A DNA stretch of 61,935 nt, the filler included, from Sphacelaria rigidula (Eukaryota): assembly GCA_964200075.2 (NCBI GenBank). It is 11 parts of 11 records of this genome, joined end to end, with 100 filler letters (N's around TTAATTAATTAA, not from the genome) between each part and the next. Parts side by side here need not be neighbours in the genome. Positions count along the whole stretch, not along the records: positions 22,561 to 28,100 come from CAXNAA020026508.1; positions 28,201 to 33,740 come from CAXNAA020026509.1; positions 33,841 to 39,379 come from CAXNAA020026510.1; 8 more parts are not named here. The stretch is one strand, 5' to 3'. Below are positions 25,022-36,269 of the stretch, piece after piece (the stretch's first letter is position 1; each line of letters opens with the position of its first letter). Both the position numbers and the translations under genes were made by a program. The notes under the pieces were generated by a model. That model ran no database searches. It saw only the letters and a program-made list of their open reading frames with translations, and had not been told where the DNA came from.

Positions 25022-25313
25022 CACGTCGGACGAGAGCGCGAGTGTGCCTCGTGGCACTCGCACTCGTCGGGCTGCTCGTCGTAGAAAAAATTAATAGGGC
25101 GAGCACTCAAGTCATGGCTCGTCGTGGAAAAAAATAATAGGGCGAGCACTCGAGTCATTGCTCGTTCTGGAGAAAATGATAGAGCGAGCACTTGAGTCAT
25201 TGCTCGTTCTGGAAAAGAAATTATAGGGCGAGTACTCGAGTCATTCTCGTTGTGTTTTCAAAAAAACATCCACGAATTCACTCGTTTCGACGAGTAATGA
25301 CTTGTCCGACGTG
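25022..25313. mobile_element. CAC...GTG-terminated element containing a ~43-bp tandem array
   Basis: TIR CACGTCGGACGAG / CTTGTCCGACGTG; four units of TAGGGCGAGCACTCGAGTCATTGCTCGT + A-rich spacer at 25095-25255. Confidence 0.75.
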
Positions 25314-25871
25314 TGGGAATATGAAACGTTTTTGCAACATCAGTTTCACATAAACACAAAGTGGCTCACAAACAGCACAATAACCGATATCAGACCCACA
25401 ACAAAGTTAAAAAAAAAATTACCAACACGAACGCCACGACTTCACGAGCCACGCCACATGAAGCGCCCGTGGGCAGCTACTAGCTGCTGGGCACGGGGTA
25501 CATGGTCCCGTTGGAGTACACTATATGCCAAGTTATTCGCGAAACTTAGCTCTGATGCCTTTGCTATGTTGATATCTAAAAAAACACATGATTTTTTAAA
25601 AAACGCGTAAGGCTATGCCCAAAACTCCGTTTTACGCGAAATTGTATGCGCGCATAAAAAGCAAAAGCATAAATGTATATATAGTTATACATATATATAT
25701 ATATATATTCGGGAGAAGTTTTGGTCGTGAAGCCCCTCATTCCGACCCGTATCAGTTGGTAACTCCGAAACCTTCTTACGGTTGATCGTGGGTTCAAATC
25801 CCGGCGCAGTCACACGATCTGGAATTTTTCTTACACCGTGCCCAACGGTGGAGAGCGACTATGCCGTGGGT

Positions 25872-26058
25872 ACAGTTTACGTCACGTTCAAAGTAGGGTA
25901 TTTGGTAATTTGTAGGGGTCTACACGTCACACGTTCACGTTACGTGAATCACGATTGTATAACTTGACGTTCACGTTACGTTTCGTTTGAGAATTTAACG
26001 TTACCTTCACGTCACGTTCATCTCATGAAAATAATTTCAAGTTACGTTTCGTTACAGT
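25872..26058 (+). repeat. CACGTT/TACGTT motif-rich tract
   Basis: More than ten ACGT(T) motifs in ~185 bp. Confidence 0.6.
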
Positions 26059-26061
26059 ATA

Positions 26062-27890
26062 CAGGCTGGTTCACGGAAAAGACCCAAAAAACACTCATCG
26101 GCAAAACTTCACGCCGTTTAAAGGAGTTAGGCCCTGAAATTTTGCACAGGTGTTGTATGGGTCATTACGCTAATTTCCAAGGTCGTTTTTTGTTTTTACT
26201 TCGTGACTTTTTTCGCCGTTTTTCCGAGAGTCCTAGTGTTTTTCGGGGAAACTTTGATCAAGTTGGACCCCCGTTAAACGGTAAAAACGAGAAATATGAA
26301 GGAATAAAACTCGTTCATCCAAAGTTGCGTAATGACCCATAGAACTAAATACCTATGCAAAATTTCAGGGTCTCACTCCCTAAAACGGCGTGAAGTTTTC
26401 CGCGTCTGTGCGATGGACCTTGCCGTGCCACGGTGAAACCGCAAACTACTAGATTTTAGTATGAAACTGGCGTTTTTGGGCCTCCTTTGACGTGCACATG
26501 AAAATTCAACCGCCAGTTAATCGAGTTTGGCCACGAAACTTTGTGGGGTTCTTCCTTGGGTTTTACGGTGACATACAGACTGGTTCACGCAAAAGACTCC
26601 AAATTCTTTCATCAACAAATGCCATCTGCAATACGCACCCAATAGTCGCATACATGGTATCATACTGACCGCAATGAACAGACGAAGAGAGTGACATAGC
26701 CGGGCTTTTGTCCAAAACTATAGCGGCGGCGCTATGGACACAAATGTGTCTCGACCAATCAGCGCCTTCCAAATTGTTCCGGAATTTAATATACGAATTC
26801 CTAGCCCAATTTCCACCGAATCTCCACATGTTTCATATTGTAGTGACCGTCATCACCTCAGGAATCTAACGGGAGAACCAGATTTGACAACGGTTCCAAC
26901 GGGGTCGAATTACACCCGAAACCGTAATGTTTCGGTGATGTGGAGTTTTGGCGTCATCTAATTTCCACTCATGATACGTAGGAACGACTCAGTGACCTTC
27001 GTGACGATTTGACTTATATCTGTCGTAAAAAAGCTCAGATCATCCTCAAACTTGGCAGTTCCGTAGGCATTGATGCTCCAAATGGAAAAATTGTGTTTTT
27101 GGCAAAAGTTTAAAGTTTCTCCGTTCTCTACTGGCTTCCGGAGGTCCCAGTACAAACCCCCCCGGAAGGCGGTACAGAATGACCCAAGAGAAAAAAAAAA
27201 CATGATGCGTCCCGGGATAATCCAAGGCACACATGTACGAAGTTTGGTGGAGAAACTCGAAAATCTCATACAAATTTTCCAACCTTGGAGTAAAATCCAC
27301 CGAAAAAAATATGTTTTCATACCAAAAACCAAATAGTTCGGGGTTTGCACGTTTCAAGCTCACATCCTCGCACAAACGCTTAAACCTTCACGCAGTTATT
27401 AGGAGTTAGACTCGGAAACTTTGCACAAATGTGCTATGAATCATTACGCACGTTTCGATCGACGAGGTTTTTCCACTTCTTGATTTTTTCACCGTTTTTT
27501 GGGGGTCCGACAGGATCCAAGTCGTTTTTTCGAAGTTGTGTATCCTGGGACCCCGGATCCGGCACTACGTTTTTTTTTGTCGCGAACGCTACAGGCTGGT
27601 TCAGGCTCATCGGCGAAACCTCACGCCGTGTAAGAAGTTAGACCCTGAAATTTTGCACAGATGTTCTATGAGGCATTACGCAACTTTCGAAGATCGAGGT
27701 TTTTTTACTTTTCGATTTTTTTCACTCTTTTTCGGGGGTCCCAGTTTTTTCCGGGGAACATCGATCTAATCAGACCCCCGTAGAACGGTGAAGACAAAAC
27801 TCAATAAACCTCGTTCAGCCAAAGTTGCGCAATGAGCCATATGGCACAGTTGTGCAAAATTTCGGGATCTAACTCCTTAACCCTTTTGGA
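26062..27890 (+). mobile_element. Nested or tandem fragments of a non-coding Tc1/mariner-type DNA transposon family
   Basis: Three left ends TA|CAG(G/A)CTGGTTCA at 26062, 26576 and 27592; internal homology to 28201-29228 (inverted) and 54010-54560. Confidence 0.8.
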
Positions 27891-28200
27891 ACCCTCCCCT
27901 CCCGTCCCCGGGCCAGACGCCTCATCATGAGAAGCCCTGACAACGAAGAAAAAATGGAAACAGAAAAGAGCGACGGCAACCATTTTTACTGTTAAAGACC
28001 AAGGAAGACTCCAGAAGCACACGTCATGGATGTACCGAAAATGAAACCCCGGAGCGGTCGGGTTGCGTTTGTCCAATGATATCACGCGACGGGCGAAGTG
28101 NNNNNNNNNNNNNNNNNNNNNNNNNNNNNNNNNNNNNNNNNNNNTTAATTAATTAANNNNNNNNNNNNNNNNNNNNNNNNNNNNNNNNNNNNNNNNNNNN

Positions 28201-29228
28201 TGGGTTGATGCAAAGTGTCCGAAACGTGTGTTGGCGATTTTCCCTGTTTGGGGGTCAAAAAAAGGGTCAAACGTCCCAAAAGTGAACAATCCGTGGGCCA
28301 AAAAACTGTGTGCCGTAAAATCCGGCCTAACTCCTGAAAACGACGTGAAGTTTCGCGCGTTTGCGATTACGTGAGCTTGAAACGTGCAAAATCCCAACTA
28401 CTTGGTTCAAGTATGAAATCGTATTTCGTGGCTGTATTTCACGTTAAGGCCAGAAAAGTGCATGAGTTTTTCGAGTTTCTCGACCAACCTTTGTACACAA
28501 GTTCCTTGGACTACCCCGGGACGCATCATCTTATTGTTTCTCTTGAGGCATTCTGTACGGCCTTCCGGGGGTCTTTACGCTGGCACCCCCGGAACCTGGT
28601 AGAGAACGGAGAAGCTTCGAAATATTGTCAAGAATATAATTTTCCCATGTGGAGCATCAAAGCCTACGGAACTGCCGAGTTTGAGGGCGACCTGAGCTTT
28701 TCTACGACAGATATAAGGGAAACCGTCACGAGGCTCCCTGGGTCTTTCAGGCGTATCATCAGTGGAAATTAGAAGACAAAACTCTATATCACCGAAACAC
28801 CACCGTTTCGGGTGTAATTCGACCCCGTAGTTTTTTCTTTTTTTTCCCCATTACATTTCCCGAGCTGATGGTGGTTATCACGATTTGAAGATTGTGAAGG
28901 TTGAGTGAAAATTGGACTCGTAAATCGTATTTTCGATTTCAGAACAACCTGAAGGGCGCTGATTGGTCGAGGTACCCTTTCGCCCTTAGCGCCACCACAT
29001 GGCCTTTACCCTCAGACAGCGGTGCGGGTAGTACACCCGGATCGCGCATACTTTTTTCATGTCAACATTGATGCCGAATCAGCAGGTTAAGCATAGATCC
29101 GGCTGTCACACTCTTCGGCTGTCTATGGCGTTCAGTATGATGTCATGTATGCAACTTTTGGATAGATATTGCGAAGGGCATTTGCTGATGACACAATAGT
29201 GGGTGATGCATGAGCGTTGACCAGCCTG
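28201..29228 (-). mobile_element. Same non-coding TA-flanked transposon family, inverted, truncated by the contig start
   Basis: Ends TGACCAGCCTG|TA; reverse complement aligns with 26576-27400. Confidence 0.8.
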
Positions 29229-29497
29229 TAGTTACACAGGTTTCTTACTCAATAATTGCTTACCGACAACTGCTACGAGGCATTTTCACCCGATAGTAAT
29301 TTGTAATTTACATAACCAGCCATCAACAGTCATCCTACAGGGTGTGATGAAAACACGAGAAATCGCAATGAGGGCCGATAAGACTCTTGACAAAAAAACA
29401 AAATAGAGTCGAGAGAAAAATCCGCATCCCCATGATTGATGCTCTCGTACAGTTTTTGAGGCCGATGCTTCTTGAATTGCGCGCGATTGGTTGACTA

Positions 29498-30105
29498 CGA
29501 GCTGGGCCAGCAGTAAATCCCGCATTTGCATGTCACACCATAATTTATCAAGTTTAACAAATCAGCTCGACCTGAGTATATCAGTGTGACCTCCAAACCA
29601 ACCTGGTAACGCACGGCACCGCCGCTGAATGAAGAAAAAATTGAAAAAAATTGTACTACATGATGTATTACTTTACCGACGGAACAAAAAGAAATCCGTC
29701 GGGATTCGAACTCGTGACCTCCGTAACTGGAGTCTTCTAAATCACTTAGATTAAAAGGGACGCAGCGGTGTCTCACAAAACGTGCCCTGCTGCGCCGAGC
29801 TTGAGGTATTTTTGGCCGAAATTGCACCAGAATCTCCTGCACACAAGTACGCACATCAACCCGAGGGATGCCGACGTATTTATTTATTATTTTCACGGAG
29901 TTGAAGCATGTTTTCCAGTTTTGCAGAAACTTGAAATCGCTCTGACTTTCCCCTCTTCTTTTTGTCGTTGCTCCCCCCCGAAGGTTGTCCGCATTGATGA
30001 TAAAAATGTCGTGTCAAAATTTCAAAATTTCAGCGCCCAACTTCTCGAATTACGCACACCCGGGCCCGGAAACATTTAAAAAACACTGTCAGCTGGCCCA
30101 GCTCG
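29498..30105. mobile_element. Tc1/mariner-type MITE, ~608 bp, with an internal tRNA-like segment
   Basis: Perfect TIR TA|CGAGCTGGGCCAGC ... GCTGGCCCAGCTCG|TA; minus-strand B-box GAGTTCGAATCC near 29702-29713. Confidence 0.88.
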
Positions 30106-31249
30106 TATGGTACCTTACCCATAATCCACAGAAGAAACGAGGATATGCCTTACCGAGATCAAGCCCCCCCCCCCCCCCCCCAAGTAGATGACGGCCATCG
30201 TCGACATGCGGTTTAACGGCTTTTCAGATACGCCGAATAGACTGTCCGGTAGGGGAACGAACTTTCCGCAATTCAGTTTTGCGCCATATCGTCTATAGAT
30301 CAGTCTCGGCAGAGGTCACGGATACCGGACAACGTGCAAATTCAAACGGTTTACTGACATATCTTCATAGGCCTCGCATTCTGTTCGGCTTCGTCCAGTT
30401 CGCTACGACAATCGGAGGAGTAAACATACTTCGTATACACGTTTTACGGCTGGGGTGCTATCTTTCGTGTAATACTGCCACGAACATAATATCATACGTA
30501 AAGCTACCACCCGTAGATGTGGGGGAAAGAGTCACGGAAGCCACGGACTTGGCCGTGGGACGTGCCTAGACAGCCCGTGCTTACGTGGAAGGGAGATGAG
30601 AGGGTCGAATCGGGGAAGTGCCAAGAGGGGGTGCCTTTGACGGGCGCCGCCTGGCGTTGGAGTATGACCATTACTCCGGGGACAGGATGGACATTGACCC
30701 GAGAGGACGGGCAGTTGCACTACTGCTGTATTGAGCTCCGTTACGCGGTTGGGGCATGTATAATGGTTGCATGCCCAGTATCAACCACTTCAATGAACTC
30801 GAATACAAGCGAGGCGATCAGGAATATCATCCTCAGCAGCTGCTGCGCATGAAAATTCCACGCTATGTCCTTTCGTACGACTTCAGACAAGCGCCGCTCC
30901 CCTACCGCTAGACCGTGCCCGAACATGTGTTTTTGAAAATAGGCTCTGCGAAAAGAGCATCTATCTGAGCGAAAAATCGCCGACACATACTGTACAGCAC
31001 ATCGAGCGGAAACACTGCGGCCCACAGAGATATATCCACAATCCACACACACCCACATCCACACACACCCACACGCACGCACGCAAACACACCTCCGTCG
31101 GGATGAGACCGCTTTAATGGGCAGGGATATCGGCTCCGCACCAGCAGCAGCGTAGGATGCAAGACCGTAGTTGGTGTTATTCTGGCGATGTTGTTGGTGA
31201 CCATGGTGCAAGTAAGGCCCTTCCACAGACTGCCCGCGATGCCCAGATT

Positions 31250-31281
31250 GCTGTTGTTGCTGTTGGCGGCGCTGCTGCTGC

Positions 31282-31317
<36 letters not shown>

Positions 31318-31320
31318 CGT
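31250..31320 (-). repeat. (CAG)n trinucleotide tract; possible polyQ-coding exon (~31093-31424)
   Basis: Minus-strand open frame QQPPRQQQQ...HHGHQQH; no recognisable domain; splice sites uncertain. Confidence 0.5.
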
Positions 31321-33629
31321 GGCGGCTGTTGCACAGAACGGTGCTTCTGCCTGCTATCAAATTTCCCTGGCGGTAAGAGCGAAGCCATGACTTTTACACG
31401 TGGTGTACTGCTGCTGCTGTGCACGGTGCTGAGGTGCTTTGTACAATCAATGAATTTGCCCCGCGTGCTTGCCGCACTACTAAGTAAGTAAAGTATAGCT
31501 CGGTGTCGTACTGATTTTTATTTTTTACCACTCCCCCTGAAAAAACTAAGCCTTAGCGGGTGTACCACCAGTACGCTGACCCAATAAAAAGAGAATATGC
31601 TGTATAACCCAATAGGTACACTTTGATTTAATTATCTGTAGCTACTGTAGCTGCCCATCGTTCGACCATATATTTCACAAACGTACACACCAAATTTAAA
31701 TCCGATGTGTGTATCAGACTGGAATATGACATTACCTAGCCTCGTGCTCAGCGTGACACACTTGAAAAAAAAACGGCCTCTACTGCTTGATCCGGGTCTG
31801 TCAGAACATGCCCTGAAGCTTGCATAACCCCAGCCAGCTACGCACTGGTACTATCTCATCACCCCACGAAAATCAAAGCACAAGCCGTGCCTTCGATTTT
31901 TTTTCACGCCGTTATGACTCGGAGCACGGACAACAAGCTGCAGCGTAAAGGCTGGTGAATGGGCTATTGCCTACGGCGAAGGACAGAGCAAGTTGGTGGG
32001 TGCGGCACGAGAAGGGAGGGCTGTCTCACACATACAGTCCCGCGTAACTTTTGCTATTGCCTTGTTGAATCAGCAGCACCCCGTCAGGAGGTATGTACGT
32101 GATAGCGAGAGCTGTATTAGTATAGTACAACGGTACAGCACTGGCCGAAATAAGCCAAGCGACCAAGTGCCCCGGCCCACCCTAGCATTTCAAAAAGAGC
32201 CAGCGCGTGTTGATAGATCCACGCGCGCTCCATATACACATACACATGCGGACTGGACGTACAGGCAGATATGCGGTGTCAGGCCAAGCTCTCGAAGCAA
32301 TATCTCATCCACACAGACGAGTTGGGCCCTGATCCGGGTATGGTATTAATCATTTGATCGAGGGGAAGATGCCCATGCGCTCACAAATCTGGCCCATTTT
32401 CTTCTCATTGATTAAACGCCATGTCTAGTAGTTTCTACACCGTACGGACATGAGGTCCACACTAACCTCTATATGAAACCGCGAACGATGTATACGGCAG
32501 ATGAGGGTTTTTGGTGTGGACACTCCCTGGAGTACGGGGAAAATGTCGATACCCTCACCTTCACCTGTTTCGTTATCTATCTCGAGATATGGCGCACATA
32601 GTATTCTATACTAAAATCAATACATCACTAGCAGAGGCACTAAATGCACTTCAACTGGATTTCGCGTTTCAGTTTTTGAGAGTTGTGCTTTGACTAGTGG
32701 TATGGAGAATCACTGGGGCAGAACACGAAAAAATCTCGAGCTTTTTGATTTTTTTTTTTCATTTTTCAGGGGCGTTTGAAGGAAAAATAGACGTTGTGCT
32801 TTGCCTCTATCTCACTTTTTCAGCTCAATTCTTAGAATTGTGATTTGAAACTTAAGGCCTGTCTTAGCACTTCTGTTTACGATCGAAAAAATGAGGCGGT
32901 GGAATCGATCTGAGCGAAAATTTCTCGTTTTGATGAAGTTGTGTCCGGATGGATTTTCAAGCTTTCGATCGAAAAAAGACAGTGAAATTCGTGAAACCGT
33001 ACATGGTCACTCGTGTACAGTACAGGCAATCTGTACTGTTTTCACTCCTTGCAAGTAGTGTGTCTTGAGTGCGTGTGTGCGTGTTTCGTGCAGGAGAAGA
33101 TAAAGGGAAAGCGGGCAACGTGCAGTGCCGACAGCCCAGGACTATCAGTTCTCTCCGCTTACAATGCGACGTGAAAATAACTTCAGCAACGTGCAGCTTT
33201 GTACTGCCTGCTGCATTGTCCATGAGCGTGCACGCAACTCGGCTGCCCACCGTACCACGCAGTTCCGTCCCTGATGCCTACCATGAGAGAAGACGCGCAA
33301 GTTTTCGCCAACGAAAAATAAACAAAGCACAACCAACTACTGTAGTGTATCTATCCCTGTGCTCAACTCGTGCTTTATGCTGCAGGGTTGCGGTGGTAGC
33401 TGAGAATGAGTTGAATGGAGTTTGCATGGTCCTGTGAACAGGTGTTATTTGGCGTGGTGGTCTGCAAGATAGGAGTTAAGTGCCGCTTCGTGCCTTTCGA
33501 CCGCATGTTTTCGATCGAAAACGATTGTTCTTTCCCTTGTTGCATTCTTCTCCGCGCGCCGCTAATATAATTTTGAGTTGAAGCCTTCAAGGAGTCACGT
33601 TTTGAGTTGGATTATTTTACTTTGGGGGT

Positions 33630-33740
33630 TGCTTTGCTTAACCAGAGTGGGTCGGGGTTTGATGTGGATGATGGTACAGAGGAGTGGATAAGTGATAATG
33701 GTGCTTCACACCATACCACTGGGTCAATGGTTGGTATGTT
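33630..33740 (+). mobile_element. Ty1/copia protease fragment at the contig end
   Basis: EEWISDNGASHHTTGS resembles the copia WIxDSGAS/TxHMT motif; short. Confidence 0.55.
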
Positions 33741-33984
33741 NNNNNNNNNNNNNNNNNNNNNNNNNNNNNNNNNNNNNNNNNNNNTTAATTAATTAANNNN
33801 NNNNNNNNNNNNNNNNNNNNNNNNNNNNNNNNNNNNNNNNAAGCACAACGCAAGGGTGGAAGGATGTCTGACACACTTATGAGCCTCTTTTTTCGTGCAA
33901 CCAAATACCCCCCCCCCCTATCGTAGGAAGACTCTGCAGTGTTTGTCCCGGAGATTTGGTTGTAGGTTTGTTTTTCGCGCCGCA

Positions 33985-35170
33985 CAGTACGCTTCACAGG
34001 GTTTCGTCACCCCGAGTACTGTTTATTGTCGTTAATATGCTGTACAGCCTTTATAGCGCACATACAATATGCTCTATACAGCATGGGCATGATACTGGCA
34101 GAGAAAAGAGGTCGAGAAATTGCAGTGGTAGGAATAGAACTCACGATTTTGAGCCCGGAATAGCAACCAGGTGTACATTGAGCTACCCGATTTGTTGTTG
34201 ACGACGAAATTGTTTTGTGCTTCTAAGAACTATCGAGCAAATACCTCCATAAACAAAAGCATAATTGAGTATTTTTTTTCTCATCATTCAGTTTCTTTTG
34301 GTAGACACTGGACCGCGGGGCTTCCATAAGCTATGTGCATTCATATACGAGGTATATTCCGTCAATACAGCATATTTACCACGCCTGCCGCGGAAGCGTC
34401 GCTTCGAAGCACAGGCGTGTGGACATACACTCGTAAGCAGTGTGTGGGATCTCTATTCAGCAGAAACTATTGAGAATTCATCCTTTACCCCAATTGGTAC
34501 ATGGACTGGGGGGCAAGAGAATGAATTGCTTTCAAATTTCTTTTCTGCGTGTCGGATCCCATACGCTGGTAGCGGTACAATGTGCGGGATATGCCCAGCT
34601 GACGCTGTTCGCACTGAAGCTCTGTTTGCCCAATTTCCGGATGAATTGGAGGGCAAAGTGAGGCTTTATTTCGAGCTTCTTCTGCTGTTCAAATTCCAAA
34701 TCTGCCAGTGTGCATGAGATTTGCGCAGCAGAAAATGCTGTTCGAAATAGATCTTTTTTCGCCCAATTTAAATGGACGAAAAAAATGACTATTTTGAGTA
34801 GGTTCTTCTGCTGTTCGAAACAACTCCTGTTTTTGCCCAAGTAAATTGGGCGAGAAAAGCATCTGTTTTGAATAGCTTCTCCTGCTTTCCGAGATAAATT
34901 CCTTTTTGACCGATTTACTTGGGCAAAAAAACATTATCTCGGACAACAGGACAAGCTATTCCAAATATATAAATTTACAGATTTTGTACCAAAATAATTT
35001 GGAATTTACAAAAATAAAATAAAATGGGAGGGCCTTTCCACAGGGTTGCTTGCAGGGTTTCGGCAACAACGCTATGCAAAATGCTAGTAGAGGTACCAAG
35101 GTTTGCAAATGCAATGCAGGGTTTCTCACAGAAGACTGTGAAGAACCCTGTGCAGCACGTCCTACAGGGT
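33985..35170 (+). mobile_element. Right part of a CACCCTGT-terminated element; related left part at 49479-50220
   Basis: Shared blocks in the same order (CACAGGGTTTCGTC, tRNA-like segment, TGCTGTTCGAAATA); right end CTACAGGGTG here, left end CACCCTGTGGAG in the other contig; CACAGGG subterminal repeats. Confidence 0.55.
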
Positions 35171-36269
35171 GCTATCTGTCCACATGTGTATGTGCTCTGA
35201 AAATCGGTCAGGTGTAGCGTTTTGGATCCTAACAATTTACCACCCAGGAGGCCACTGCGCAACCGTACTAGTCGGTCCTTATCAGAGGCGCCGCGAGGAG
35301 GGTAGTCAATCTGCATCGTGTATACTTTTTTCAAGTGAAATTGATGCTGACTCAACAGATGACCTATTTCCGCCGTCTAAGTGTTCAGACGTGTTTGGTT
35401 GGGCAAACATGGTTCACTTGGTTGTCACGATTCCCTTTTTCATGATGAAAAGAGGCAGTACGTAATTTGTGATGCCCGGGCAAGATGTTTCCGTGCTTAT
35501 GGCCTCTGATTGAAATCTGATGCCACGGCATCAATTTCTTTCGTACTGCTCATTCACCCGAAGAGAGAGGTAGCAGGTACTTGTAGTGTCCACGTGAGAT
35601 ACGATCGACTGACCCACCGTCGACCGACCCGCTGTCGTCGATAGATGAAAGCTGCAGAACAACTAGGTACCAACGAAGTTTGTGGTACCTGTGCTGCTGT
35701 AGGCCACAAACTTCAATTGTACAGTCTAATTATATGAAGTGTTTCTTTGTTATAAACTCCACATAGTAAAACTAATATAGAAATACTTGGTGACGATAAG
35801 CTGCGCAACACCTCTAGATGAACTGGACAACTGGCGCTCTCGTGCAGACTGGCTCACGTTTATCACCCAAAATGGTATTATCAGCAAATGCATTTCGCAA
35901 TACCTACCCAATAGCCGCGTACATGATATCATACCGACCGCTATGGGCAGCTGAAGAGCATGACGTAGCCGGATTTGTGTGTAAGGTCTGTAGCCTTTGT
36001 CAGACGATCTGGACAAGAGGACTTCCACGAGGAACTCCTCCAGTAGCACTGGCGTCGTGCTCGACACGTCCTTTTTTCTCACTTGTTATTATCACAGAGT
36101 GATCCTATACCGACCACATCAAGAGCCAGACAGCAAGGGGCCACACAGATGAGGGTATATCAATCCAGGATCCCCTGTCCCCTGCCACTGCTTCAATCAT
36201 GCACGCGATTATACTGAAATTTACGGCTTGGTATCATTTGGCTGTAGCACCCCCCAAGTGCACATCACA

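Noticed and set aside
25095..25255. CRISPR array
   Set aside because: Spacers are short, A-rich and similar to each other; no cas genes; the array sits inside TIRs in eukaryotic DNA.
30517..30911. Coding exon(s) on the plus strand
   Set aside because: Protein-like text appears in two different frames with no family motif; cannot choose a frame.
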